Below, one piece after another: positions 1-12,835 of a stretch of DNA of 64,000 nt (within the stretch, counting starts at the first letter, position 1; each line of letters starts with the position of its first letter). The notes beneath the pieces were generated by a model. It ran no database searches, was not told where the DNA came from, and saw only the letters and a program-made list of their open reading frames with translations. Source of the DNA: Chrysomallon squamiferum (lineage: Eukaryota; Animalia; Mollusca); contig CM022670.1 in assembly GCA_012295275.1 (NCBI GenBank), positions 24,738,001 to 24,802,000 of the forward strand. Reading direction: 5' to 3'. Both the position numbers and the translations under genes were made by a program.

Positions 1-108
1 CGAACATGATAGAATTAGTGTCCTGTACCAGGACAGAATGAATTTTCACATTGATTATGTATGCAAGTGTCAACTTTAACTTGGTGACGAAAAGAGACAA
101 CTGACTGA

Positions 109-451
109 GAAGAAACGAGCATACATTTTATATCCACGTCACAAAGACACGGGTCACAAAATGTATTCAGTTACCCGCCTTTTAAAGAGCTCTACCCGTC
201 GACAGATTTAGAAATTCTAACACGACCGTAGAGTGTTAACAGAAAAACATAACGTCATTTGTTTTTGTTTGCTGTGTTGTGTGTGTGGGTGTGTGTCTCT
301 CGGGGGGTGTCGATGATCGCGGGTAAACATGAGAATTATTTTGTGATATTTTGTATTTTATTTAGCTTTTTGTTATTTGATATTTCTTAATTGTATTTTT
401 AATTGATTTGTTTATTTGTTGGAATGATTAAATTACACATAAAATATTATC

Positions 452-490
<39 letters not shown>

Positions 491-1079
491 GTGTTACTGT
501 TGCTGCTGCTGTTTTTATTTGTTTGCTGCTCTTGTTTTTGTTATTGTTATTATCATTGCTATCATTATTATACAAACAAACATACATACATACATACATA
601 CATAAACTAATTAAAAATGTCTTGATGATTCGTTAACCAAATTTTAGTTATTCATCTCTTTACTTCTCTCTATCCATTTTTCTTTGTCCTCGTTCACGTT
701 CTTCTTTTTCTTCTTTTTTTTTGTAAAAATCGGAATTATTCAGGGTAAAATATTCACGGAACAATAAACCCTTGGTCTGTTCTGTATCCTCTCCCTGTGA
801 ATACAGCAGAAAAACGGTTAATCCTCTACTTATTTCCTGCGATCTCAGTTCACGATCAGTTCTGAATGTAAAGAGAGAGAGAGAGAGAGAGAGGACAGAG
901 GGAAGAAGTTAAAGTAAAGCAGTACGGTGAAATGAAAACATGAAAACAAGAAGCGAGCATACATTTTATATTCACTTTACAAAGACACGGCCCACTAAGC
1001 ATATTCAGTTATCTGCCTTTCAAAAAGCTCTACCCGTCTACAGATTTAGAAATACTCACATGAAAATACAGTGTTAACA
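109..1079 (+). repeat. Diverged direct repeat of about 135 bp (109-243 and 948-1079)
   Basis: The blocks CGAGCATACATTTTATAT, ACAAAGACACGG, TATTCAGTTA, AGCTCTACCCGTC.ACAGATTTAGAAAT and AGTGTTAACA are shared and in the same order. Confidence 0.85.
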
Positions 1080-2457
1080 CACAACGTACAGAATTTCTTC
1101 TCTTTTTTTCTTTTTTTTTAGTTGCCTAAATGTATGATTAACATGTTGTTTTTTCTCTGAAAGTATATCGGATGAAGACTATAACTTAAAGGAGTGATAA
1201 GATTATAACCGTTTTGTTTTTGTCTTGTCTTTATTATTGTTATTATTATTATTATTGTTGTTGTTGTTGTTGTTGTTGTCGTTGTTGTTGTAGTTGTTGC
1301 TGTTGTTGATGTTTCGGTATTTTCTTTATTAGTTTTGTAGTTGCTACTAATTTAGTTATGAGTGTATAATATATTATAAAGAAAGCAGTTTTTGACAGTA
1401 GGAGTACATTTAGTGTTATTAGTATTTTCTATATTCCTTCTAGCAGTAGCGATGTTGTTATGTATTTGTTGCTTTAACAAAATACAGTAGTGTTTATTTA
1501 CTAGTTCCCTTATTTTTTTTTTTGATGTTCTTATATCAATATTTGTCTGACACACACACACGCACACACACAAGTTATAGATTATCTTTATCACTGTACC
1601 TTTGTTATAATTCTTGTAATAAGCCTGACATATAATTTTCCTGTCACAATAGACACAAACAAACATAAATGCATAAAAGAAACAAATAACACAAACACTT
1701 GAAAATAATACGTCATAATTACGTAATTATTACGTTATGGACTGATAATCATTATTAACTATATTGCACAATTATATTAGTTACGTTGTGACGTAATTCA
1801 ATAACTTTGTAATTATATACAAACGTCTGGCTATTGTGCTACGATGATATAACGTAATTTGATAAGGTTATAAATAACATTTTTACAGAAGCGGTTTAGC
1901 ATAGACGTAACTTTCACGTACCGAACCCGTATCGTCTTTTCTCGCGAGATTTCCTCGATGCGGGACAAGTCTATACGTACGTGTTTACAGCAAAGTATTT
2001 ACCCGTGTGCGTTTCCGTATCGTTATAAAGGGTGAATCTTGTTTTTATGATTTTCTTTAATTATCTTTGCACAGATTTGTGCGTTTTAAGTGGCATTTTC
2101 TTGCATGGTTTTCACATAAATGATCGTTAAAGACATACGCCAATATCTCCAAAAAAAGCAGTACCGTTGTACCGTTGGCTGAACGAGATTACGATTTCGG
2201 GTGCTAAATTAAGACTAATATATGTTTGAAATGTAGTAAATTAAGATGTTGTTTTGCTTCTTGCTGAGAAATAGACAAAACATTTATTTTTTCGCAAACG
2301 AAATTCCATTGTTCTGTGTGTACTATACTGTTTCAAGAGAAGCAATCGGTATGAGCATAAATATACAAAAACATAAATTTTCCTATAAAATTATATATCA
2401 TCAGAAACAGCAACAAAAACAGATTAAAATGACTCCAAAATATCTTTTATAGCTTTG

Positions 2458-2496
<39 letters not shown>

Positions 2497-2593
2497 GAAT
2501 AAAATTTGCCTGTATTTTTCTTTCAAAGTCTATGCAGAACCTGTGATGGCACACATTGAATATCTTATACATGTTCAAACCAATTATACATAC

Positions 2594-3184
2594 ATTATAT
2601 GTCCAATTAAAGCTTTTTGTGAGCTCTAGGGCTATAGTTAATTCCCTTCCTTGACCTATCTCGATACGACCTTCGTGCTTTACGTTGTCAACAAAACATT
2701 TGAGTAACATATGTATACACTCTAAAAAAATAAATAAATAAATAAAAATAAAAAAAACAATTAAACATAAAGTAAAGCGATTATTAATTCCATAAATTAT
2801 TTCTGCCGTAAACTTTAAGAGAATCGATTCATTTGAATAGTTACTTGAATGAAAGGAACAAAGAACATTTCTATTTAACAAGACATTTAAATTTATGACT
2901 TCATGACGCCATACATGTTATTGAAGATGACGAACGTACTGCGAGAGACGCAGTCAGTCTGCTTGTGGCACGTGACTAGTTACTTTTATGAAAATTAGCA
3001 GCAAAATATCTTTCATATTTATACCTTCCCATGGGTTAGTAAGATGATACAAAGGTGTTCCAGAGACAGGAGAGTGACTGCGAGTTAGGACTGATCCAGC
3101 AACCCACTGTGTCTGTCCTGTGACTAAGCAGTGAATTGCAGCGCGTATCTTGCGGAGAAGAAAATGTGTTGCTCTTTGATTCAC
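2594..3184 (-). CDS. Candidate exons of an unidentified gene: 3184..3025 and 2721..2594 (possibly also about 3638..3572 and 4887..4823)
   Basis: Both have good polypyrimidine acceptors (ttttactgttgtag|, tttttttag|) and donors (GGAAG|gtataa, AAT|gtatgt). They join in frame: VNQRATHFLLRK...LYHLTNPWE-E-CIHMLLKCFVDNVKHEGRIEIGQGRELTIALELTKSFNWTYN. I do not recognise a domain. Confidence 0.35.
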
Positions 3185-3652
3185 CTACAACAGTAAAATG
3201 GAATGAACAGAAAAAATTACAAAACAGTGAGTTGGAATTGAAGATAAGCACGAAATATAATCAACTGATATACAAAAATGCCCATATGAATGCATCGCTA
3301 ATTTTTAATTTTAATTTAAAAAAAGTTTATATACGTTCAAAATGGGAATAGATTTTAAAAAAACAGTCGGTTTAATAGAATTTTTTTTAAAAAGGTTTAA
3401 TTCAGTGTAAAAGTGGTTAAAATTTAAATGTTCATGTGTCAGCTGGAGATATCATTTATTTGACACGATTTAGCTTATTGTTAAAGGGATGGCTTTTTTT
3501 TCTTCACAGTCGCCATGTTGGATATCATTTTGTTGAAGGTAAATGCAAAGCAAGACATCTGAAACCTTTACCGTGAAGTGTACTATAAATAACATCACAG
3601 TAGTGACATAATATATGTCCTCCTTCAGATGTCTAACACTGAATCTTTAAAA

Positions 3653-3654
<2 letters not shown>

Positions 3655-3738
<84 letters not shown>
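3655..3738. repeat. (CT)n microsatellite
   Basis: Pure TC run; it is the source of the spurious SLSLSL ORF. Confidence 0.95.
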
Positions 3739-3740
<2 letters not shown>

Positions 3741-3873
3741 GTTTTCCTCTGTTTGGTACGCTCTTGTTTGTTTCTGTTTATCTATCTATCTGCCTGTCTG
3801 CCTGTCTCTCTGTTTGTCTGTTTGTCTATCTGTCTATTTTCGAGTTTTCCTGATCACAGTCGCGTTGTCCACT

Positions 3874-4577
3874 ACGCTCTGAACTGTATTTTATAAAAAG
3901 TCAGAAATGTCGTGAAATAAATCGCTCTCTGCACCAACTGTGGACTCCTGCACATTCAGTGACGATTTGACATCAGTTGTGTCACGCAACACAGTCTGTA
4001 TTTGCAGATTTTTCTTTAGCAAACAGATTATTCAATCCAACAGATAAGCGTACCTCTAAAGGTAAAAACCAGATGTTATCGAGAAAGGCCATTTGACAAT
4101 TCAGACAATGAAAAAGGTTTTTCATAATCGAGGGTGTTCTGAGTTTACCTCGTTCTTTGATACTTTTATACGCGTGTCACCAACATATACAGAATATATC
4201 TCACATTTGTAAAGTCACGCAAGAACCAGGTAGTTATATTAAAAATACGAACAACATGGTTGCTTTGAAAGCAGGAAGTTCAAATGCTATGACTAAGGCA
4301 GTTTATCTCGCATATGACGTTATGCATATGATCCTCGTGCATGACATACAACATGCTTCAGTATATTTTTTTCCCCGATGTCTAAAGATATACATTACAA
4401 AGATATCTGTTACGACACATATTTCGTACAAAGATACTCGTGTCTCAAGATATTTTGAACACGTTTCATGCAAAGACACCTGCATCTAAATACATATAAT
4501 GTAACAACAGCTGACTCAAACGCTTGCGATTTATTTCACGATATTTCTGACTTTTTATAAAATACACTTCAGAACGT
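3874..4577. mobile_element. MITE-like element with about 52-bp terminal inverted repeats
   Basis: 3874-3925 (ACGCTCTGAACTGTATTTTATAAAAAGTCAGAAATGTCGTGAAATAAATCGC) is the near-perfect reverse complement of 4526-4577. The interior has no convincing ORF. Confidence 0.8.
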
Positions 4578-5607
4578 TATCTCCAGAAAGTTTAGTTTGA
4601 CAAAGGAAGATGGTCTGTCTGGTTTTCAGTAGCAGAAGATATTTACGAGGACAGATTATCAAACTGCAATGTACATTATATGTGATCTATCTGTTAATCA
4701 CAGTTCTTAGCAGAGAAAAAAACCAAACAAAAAAAACACTTTAGCTATTTTGTTAAACCCTTACATTGGGCTGAATGTCTGAGTAATTCACCCATTTCGA
4801 ATATAAAGGAGATGAAACTCACCACTGGCGCATTCCAATGTTATTCAGTAACATAAAGATTTGGGGATAGTCTTCAGTTGATGTACGCTGTTTACAAACT
4901 TTTAAAATAATTTATGGCTTTTTTTATCATTCATCTCTAAAAAAACAGATGAATGTCAATAAAATCGTGTTGTGTTACAAATATTTCGTGTAAATATTAC
5001 GACAAATATTTAATGGTTATATTTTATTATTAAGCAAAAGTTGTTGCTAGTAATAGTAAAACAATAACATACAATAGTACAAAATAAGTTAATGTAATTT
5101 GTACACATCAGAACAGAAATATTTTTGAGAGGTGGTAGTGTTTGCTTTTGATTGTTATATAAATATATTTTCCAAGTAGCTTCATTTAGGAAATAATAAT
5201 TTTGGCAGCAAGAGAGTTGTATTTGTCGTAATGATACTAAACTAAAAAAAGAAATTGTGAAGTAACGATATTCATATGATCGTGCGTAATTAATTTGTTT
5301 GAACACTAAATTCAGTGAAATAAAATATATTTAAACCATACAACCATAGGTACACTTTTAGACATAAACAAAATGAAATTGTATTCTAGTAATGTGTAGG
5401 TAAACAGGGAGTTACAAAGAGGTTGCTAATCCCTACACATAATAACATGTAAATGTTTTAAGTTGACAATCTTAGTTGCTAATCTCGGAGGACAAGAGAC
5501 AGCGTGCTCTGATTAATAAACTCTGTCGTCATGAATTGCCACTGAGACTGAAATTTGAGTTGCTTTTCTAAGTGATAATATTTAGCATGCAACAAGAGTC
5601 GGGTAAC

Positions 5608-6896
5608 GTGACCTAAAAATGTCACAGGAAAAAATGTCACAGAAAAAACATTTAGTATAGGAAGAGAAAATCCTAGGAAAAAAGTCACAATTTTTATATA
5701 ACAAAATGTACGAGTTTGTAGAGTATTGACTGTGGCATCATAGTATGCATGGGGCAACTGTTAAGCTTACTGATTAGGTCAATTAGGCTAGATTAAAGAA
5801 AGAGGCTTAATATTATGCTAGGGTGGTGCTTTGGTCTAGCTTACTGATTAGGATAGATTTAAACTAAGGGCTTCCTATTGTAAATGATTTACAAACTGTC
5901 CCAGGTTAAAATGTCTTTCACTATATATTCTCCAGCTTGCTCTAGTATCAGAAGTATGTTTAATATGGAAGTTATTTATAGAAATACAGGTGGTAACAAA
6001 ATCTGTTATGAGGGGTTAATGCAACTCCCAAAACAAAGTTGTAGTGGAAATGGATCAAAAGATATGGTGGTAATTGTCGAGGTTCTATGATAACAGTCTT
6101 ACAGAGTGAGCACCCATAAGCAGTCCAACCCCACAACCATGCTGCAGATCAGACCCACCAAAGTACGCAACTAAATGAAAGATCAAGCTGCCAGCACCCG
6201 GGTCAAGCCAGGCCAGATCTTTGCCCATGGTGTGAGTCAAAGTTGACCTTGCTGTTTTTGGTGGTGATGTTACCAGTAAGGGTTGTTTCTGTCATCTTAC
6301 GATGTGCACCTAGTCTTGGATCCACACTACATGGCCGACCTAAAAGCTGTCATGTCCCAAGATCCACCTGAAGTCGAGGACTTACATACTTATTTTGATC
6401 GTACACACGTCTTTCCGACAGATTCAGCAGCCAGCAGGCAGGCCCGGTGTTTGCTGCTGTCTTCTGGAACGTTCATGACGCCACCATGAACATATAATCC
6501 TCGTACGAACAAGTTGTTTGAAGGTTGGAACAACATGTTCTTCAACCTTGTGGGCTACTACCACCCATGAACCTGGCGAGTTACTGAATGGTTTCAGTGT
6601 GAGTAGACGACAGTGGGCACTATCATCCTGCTCGAGGCCAGGTTCGTCGACGCTTCGTCCAGCTGCAAAAGTGTCCGCAACTTGAGGACCGCAAGATTGT
6701 CTTTCTTCGTAGTACTTGATGGAACATTCGCCTAAACCACCAACATTAAAATCAAAGAATATTAACAAAAACTCAAAATGTATCTGATCTATCTTTCATT
6801 GCTAATATATTTCTTAATTAAAAATTGTGACTTTTTTTCCTGTGACTTATTTCCCTGTGCTTTTATTTTTCTTTGATGCTTTTTTCTCCTAGATTC
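5608..6896 (+). mobile_element. Degenerate Mutator-like (MULE) DNA transposon with a transposase relic
   Basis: The termini are built from inverted arrays: GGAAAAAA(T/A)GTCACA at 5617-5690 versus TGTGACTTTTTTTCC at 6826-6896. An internal frameshifted, stop-interrupted peptide EVEDLHTYFDRT..FWNVHDATMN/PRTNKLFEGWNNMFFNLVGYYHP*TWRV matches the WN..RTNN..EGWN..HP pattern of MULE transposase C-termini. Confidence 0.8.
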
Positions 6897-7362
6897 GACC
6901 TAACAGCTACCAGTTCAGACGTTTTGAAGACCAGGTGGCTAGATATAATTCTCTATTCTTAGAAACAAGTAATGGACAGGACATCAGAGATCGGTTTCAG
7001 TGTGTTATAATGTAAAGCAGATTGAGACTGTTCATGTTTATCATTTGAAACTCTTTAAAACAACTTGTTATTTAAAACTTTTAACAACTGAAGTTTTGTA
7101 ATCGACTTTCCATTCGGAAGGGAAAAAAAATGAAATAAATACAGAAGTATTAAGATAACAGTCATCACAAATGTATTTTTACATCAGTTTTTCTCAGTAT
7201 CAAGTAACTTAATTCTTAAAGAGAATTGTGTGTATGTGTATATAATGCATATGTAAATGGATACATGTATATTGTACATACATGTTTAAATGTACGTAAT
7301 TTAATCTTGTTATAATGAATAATCCATCTCGTTTCTGTCAAGCGCATTTAATCATATGTTAT

Positions 7363-9447
7363 TTATAAGTATGTAACAATTAAATTTTCCTTGTAATGTG
7401 CTAAATAATCCACATGACTATGTTCGCAGTCTTTCAATAACGTTTTCCTGGCCTGTGGGATGGGGTTTCCCGACATTTCGCAACTAGTTAATCTTTTTAA
7501 ATCGCTTCTGTCAACTAGGTGTAATTCACTCCCCTCATCAAACGATACGACAGTCCCATCTGCGGTGTTGTTTTCTCTGTAACACGATGACGTGTTTACG
7601 TAAGAAATGTTATTCGAGTCTCCTTTGCATGCGTAAATAAAAGCTTCTCCACATAAATCATTAACAACTAAAGTATGTGGGTCAAGACCTTTGATGCGGT
7701 TTAATGAATTTTGTCTGCATCTTGCCGAAACAGTGTTGATGTTTTCGCTTTCCATAATTTTCGTGACGTTTATGACATTCCTGGCCGGTGAATCACAATC
7801 TGAGGAGTTATCCTCCAGCGGTTCTTCGACGATTTCTCTTCGACTCCGCTCAGACGCAGAATGGTCTCTGTTTTTTAAACTCTCCTGTAATGACACGGAT
7901 GATGAAATGGTCGTCACTGTCGCTGCAGTCTGTCTACAAATGGAGAAAGTGTAATGAATTAAAAATAATTGTAAAGATAACAGACAAGCGATTTCTTTCT
8001 AAGTCAGAACAGAATGTCTCTTGAACATCGTCGTTGATATACTGATCCTTAAAACTTTGATTGTTAGGAGAATTAAACATAAAATAAAATTAGTTCCTTG
8101 AAAAAATATGTTTCAAACCCTGTTGATAAAGTTTCATTTTTCTTAAATAAACAACACACGCACATAAACGCACAAACATACATATTTCTTTGATAACTTT
8201 TGAAAATGATACAAGAAGTAACTTTATGTTGTTGTTGTTGTTGTTTTTTTTTTTGTTTTTTTTTTAAAAATAATTCATTTAATCATCGAGAATTTAGGAA
8301 AGAGATATAACATTCAAAATTAAATTAAATTTATTAAATATTAAAATAATTGTTCGGTAACAAACAGGAACACGGTGCACTTTGTTTATTAAGTAAGTCT
8401 GCGTACAAATTCTGTGTACAGTTTTGAAATCTGTTAATTTGAAAAATATACAAACCTCGGTTTCCCTAAATGAAATACTCTGAGAACTTCTCTGCGGAAT
8501 TTTCGGTTGCGCGCGGTGTACAATATGACGTTGACGGCGTAGTTACTGAATTGTAATAGGTATGTCAGAGTCCAGGCAAGTTCAAACTTTGCATGAAGTA
8601 GCTCGTCACTGTCTCTTTGTACGAAAGCTTCCACAATATACAGCACTGACGCTGGCAACATCGAGCATCCATAGAACGTCGTGACTGTCAGCAAGAGTCG
8701 AGTTGTTGCCGTATTCCTGTTCGAGCTGTCGACTTTAGATACTCTTGATGCATTAAAATTTCGCCATTTTCTGTTGAAATGATGTCTAGCAAGAGTCCTG
8801 ATAATGAGTATGTTACAGATAAACATGATGATAAAAGGACCGAGAGAGGCAACACACAGATCTAGCCAAACGAAGATAAAACGATCATAAAATTCCATTC
8901 GCTCAACTGCCAGCTTGCATTCCATTTCGCCATCGTTTTCTTTTAAGCCGTAAGACCAAAAGAAGTGACTGTTCAAAGTGCTTAAAACTACGAAAGTGAG
9001 TAAAAGTCGCCAACAGGCTCTTGGCACCGTGCACCATGCTTTTACGTGCAAAGGAAAGAGAACACAAATAATTCTTTCTAACGTGACGGAAACGAGAATC
9101 CACGATGAAAAATCTATGATTGTGTACGTGAAATATGAATGAAGCTTGCATCCGATGTCTGAAACGAGTCTGATGTCTACTTCAAACGTGTACTGTATCC
9201 AGAACCGTAGAAGTCCTGACACGAGGACGCCGCTGTCTGCCAAAGCCAGAAGGAAAAGATGCACAAGGGTTGACGACGACGTGAAATGCAGTCTCTTCAG
9301 AACACCGAGTACAAGAATGTTGCCAGAGATCCCTACAGAAAATATCACTGGGCTCACCACTCGCCACAGCCATTGCGATATCACGGATTCTGTGTATGTT
9401 GCTGTCTCGCCAAACGGATGTGTCCTGTTTACAGAATCAGACACCAT
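7363..9447 (-). CDS. Class A (rhodopsin-like) GPCR, FMRFamide/peptide-receptor-like orphan, about 520 aa; join(9447..8456, 7933..7363)
   Basis: Seven hydrophobic segments with GNxLV (TM1), LALAD (TM2), C..TLERI (TM3, DRY-like ER), ECL2 Cys and NYAVNVILY (NPxxY-like). The donor CCGAG|gtttgt at 8456 and the acceptor tttgtag|A at 7933 join in frame (AG|A = Arg) to ORF 7363..7917. This adds a Ser/Thr/acidic C-tail of about 190 aa ending ...LIVTYL*. The first ATG is at 9447; the ORF-track start at 9480 is TTG. Confidence 0.9.
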
Positions 9448-11760
9448 CGTACTGGGACATTGTGTGCCAGCTTGCTGCAAATTAAGAGCTTTATGGAGTG
9501 CCGACGTGAAGCATCCTGTTTTTGCTTTATTTTGTAGTTTTTTTCACATGACAAATGTGTGATAACCTGATTAATATATTGATCTTATGTGAAAGTCATG
9601 TGTCGTATCTAATTGTTTGTGCGCAGATAACTAATTTTTATGATTTATTTACAAACTAGATTTCTGTTCTAATAACACACATATAGTTTATATATTGCCT
9701 AGAGGAACCTCAAATGAAAAAAAATATATAAAAATAAATATATATATATATATATAAATAAATGCTCCGTCCAAAAAAATAAATAATTAAATACATTAAT
9801 AAATTAAAAAATAAATAGATATATATAATAATAATAATAAATTTACAGGCCTTAAAAATGACAGAATAAAACTTTCTTTTTTCTTGCTTTTGTCCAAAAA
9901 ATTCTCACATACTAAACATCTAAATTCATTAATAAATTAAAAAATAAATGTAGGTCTATATAGTCAAAGTTCTGTGCTACTACACGTTAATTTTTATAGC
10001 AAACTAAAATGATATGCATTCTGGAAATTAATATTTATTCTGTAATTTTACAAGGTTATACAAAGCTTTCTTTTTTTTTTTTTTTTTTAAATTCTAGAAA
10101 ATGACATCATTAAAAATAAAACTTTCTTTTTTGGGATTATATTGATTGATTGGTTTTGGTTTTAACTGTCGACGTTAAACAGCATATTAACCTTTGTTTA
10201 TTCGTATGAGGATTAACGTTATTAATATTCTAATTATCGTGTTCACTGTCCTTATCTAATTAAGTGCCGTCTTTGAATTGAATTATTTAAAAACAAATTT
10301 AGCACACAATCTGATACAATTGTGATATTTAATATTATTTTTAAGCAATAACGCCTGTCGTTAAATACCTTGGTTTATGGGGTCCATGGGCCCGCAACTG
10401 TTGTTATATATTACTGGTCAATATGAGTAGGGGTTACAAATAGTTTATTTCCCAAAAGTCCAACAATGGACCAATAACATTTCCCACGACAAAATGGGAG
10501 ACGGAATCACATATTCTTTACAGATTTTCCTAGGAAATTTGAAAAAAGTCAAGTTGCAACATTCCAACAGATCTTAACTGTAAATTTATTCTGTTCTCCT
10601 TAATTTTATTTATGAATTTGAAAATGTTATGACAAATCGTCTTCAGTTTTGAATGCCATCCCTTGTGATTCGTTTTTTGTTTTTTTCCAAATTCAATCCG
10701 TTGTTTGTTGACATACTCCGCAAACCTTAAAACTAGTGGATCTTCTAGATCGGCTTTGATTCTGAGGTAGTGTTCACTTTAATGACACTGACAATAGCGA
10801 CTGGTGCGTTCAACCGTATCACTTAATTCCTTACTAATCCCTACAGACTGCGGGCACAGTGAGGTTAAACCGACTTTATATCGGGGTAAAATAAAACCTA
10901 TATTTCTCAAGAAGAATTAGATTAAGATTCAAACATGATTCAAACATATTAAGAACAACTCCAAGAATGTTATACAAAAAAAAAAAAAAAAAAACAGCTA
11001 TGCAGATTATATATTTTAAATCTATATTCAATAACTGAAGCTGGCATATTACGCTTATTTCTTAGTTTGTCTTTGATACCATGAATGCTGACTTTAAATC
11101 TTAAAAATACAGCGAGAGTGCGAAAGTCAACTGTAAATAATAAAATAACTCAGCATTGCTATGAATTATCGTTCTAGTTACTCTAAAAAGAACTCTTAAT
11201 TAATTAAATAATTATATTAGGCTATTAACTATGATTCCAAATACTCTAAAAAGATCTATCAAATATTTAAATAATACATTTATAAAGCCATAATAAATAA
11301 TTTTAATTTTGAAACAGCTTTGACCTATTCAGAATTGAATCATCAATTTATAATTAAAGAATAACATCGTGGGAGCGCCAACGTATTTTAATTTTAGATT
11401 TATTTTATTGTCGTGTAGACCAGGGACATAATAACACTTGACTTCTTTCAATTATAATTGTATGTGCATTTATGTACCAGGAAGTTTACTTAAACCAGAA
11501 CTACCAATCGAATACGTTTAAAAGTTATGGTGCAAAAAAACACAAAAAAAACCACCATGGCAGTCTCTATTGAAGCATACCCCTAAAACCAATTGTGTAT
11601 CTTTCATGAGTTTTGTCATGAAGCCAAATCTGTTTGTCCTAAGAGTGATCGATGAACGCTGTGACTCTGCACTTCTTTTTATTGCGCATACACCCAAAGC
11701 AGTGTGAGAGAAACACGACTGTTGACAGCCTACATTTTACCTTTTCATTGCGTTAGACTC

Positions 11761-11899
11761 GTGCTTTAAGAAACACAAAGAAAAGGTAATATATACTTGA
11801 GTGAGAAATGATTCATGTGCCTTCTAACAGCCGGGATCATAAATAATAATAATAATAATATAATAACAACAACAACAACAATAACAATAATATCAATAA

Positions 11900-11936
<37 letters not shown>

Positions 11937-12474
11937 AATTAAGGTAATTATGACGAGACCATTTAGTTCCACTATATTTTGTTTTCAAAATATTGCTTTG
12001 CTTATAAAGTAAAATACCTTGTCAAATGTTAAAACGTTTTATTATTGAAAAATTATATTAATGTATGCATTCTATGCATTGTATTGTACCGTAATGTAAT
12101 GTACGTTTATTTGGAAAAATAGTTTTCAAAAAAAAAAAAAAATTTTAAAAATTTTAAAAAAATAAAATAAAATATTTGAAATAATTTACTTCAGTTTTCA
12201 ATAAAGGTACTGTATATATTATGAGCTTTTTAAAAAAAATTCTATTTTTTATTCTTACTGTCATTTCTTTAATGTTTTTTCTTCTTTTTTTATATTTTTG
12301 TCTTTTCTTGGTTATTAATAGGAGACATTTTATATATTTCCTATAATATTTATTCATTTATTATTGCTATTGTTATTATTATTATTATTATTATTATAAT
12401 TCCATCTGTTATGAAGCACATGAATCATTTCTTCCTCAAGTATATATTACTTTTGTTTGTGTTACTTAAAGCGC
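11761..12474. repeat. Long inverted repeat / foldback-like element
   Basis: The arm at 11761-11835 (about 75 bp; GCTTTAAGAAACACAAAG..GTAATATATACTTGAG..AGAAATGATTCATGTGC..TAACAG) is the reverse complement of 12401-12474. The arms extend inward as (AAT)n versus (ATT)n tracts. Confidence 0.8.
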
Positions 12475-12689
12475 ATTTGTGTTCACAATATATGCACACA
12501 GATATAAACACAAATATATACGAAAACACTAAACATTTTAATGTGTGCAAGACTGGATAGAAGAAATTCAATACATCTCTTCATGGTTATGATTGTGCTG
12601 TGTACATAAATCACGTATCTTATTAACTCATGTATGACATGTTTTTCTCTAACAATCCTCCGACACACCCCGAACTATTTGCTGTTTAC

Positions 12690-12835
12690 CTGAATCACAA
12701 CTATTGATCTAGTATCACCTGGGATATTACGAACAAGGTGATACTTAACACCTCTTTGACAGAGAACACGGAAGTCAGATCACCATCTGTTTAACCAGGA
12801 TGTTGACGTTCACTGGTAACATCTGATTGGTTCAG
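12690..12835 (-). promoter_or_regulatory. Candidate promoter / non-coding first exon of the GPCR gene
   Basis: The minus strand shows a CCAAT box (AACCAATCAG, about 12823-12832), an ETS-like ACTTCCG (about 12769-12775) and a donor TCAG|gtaaac at 12690. An acceptor tttgcag| sits 27 nt before the GPCR ATG (exon start 9474). All three frames are closed. Confidence 0.35.

Noticed and set aside
118-231. Plus-strand peptide in the duplicated block (..QRHG..YPPFKELYPSTDLEILT) as a histidine-phosphatase RHG motif
   Set aside because: It lacks RHGxRxP, both copies hit stops right after, and there is no consistent exon boundary.
403-636. Hydrophobic poly-Leu ORF, and the many similar poly-L/I/Y, RERE, SLSL and CVCV ORFs across the window
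   Set aside because: They are translations of (TTA)n, (GA)n, (CT)n and (TG)n microsatellites, with no splice or homology support.
1890-2218. CpG-rich patch with weak inverted ends (TTTAGCA.. / ..TGCTAAA)
   Set aside because: Probably an old non-autonomous transposon, but the ends are too degenerate to call.
3510-3538. Plus-strand mini-exon (cacag|TCGCCATGTTGGATATCATTTTGTTGAAG|gtaaat)
   Set aside because: I found no compatible downstream plus-strand exons, and CGCCATGTTG is also a common YY1/repeat motif.
6424-6768. 114-aa minus-strand ORF
   Set aside because: It is antisense to the MULE transposase relic, whose motifs read on the plus strand.
8903-9562. Overlapping ORFs 8903..9151, 9146..9562, 9182..9373 and 9286..9537
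   Set aside because: They are alternative-frame or antisense shadows of the GC-richer GPCR exon.
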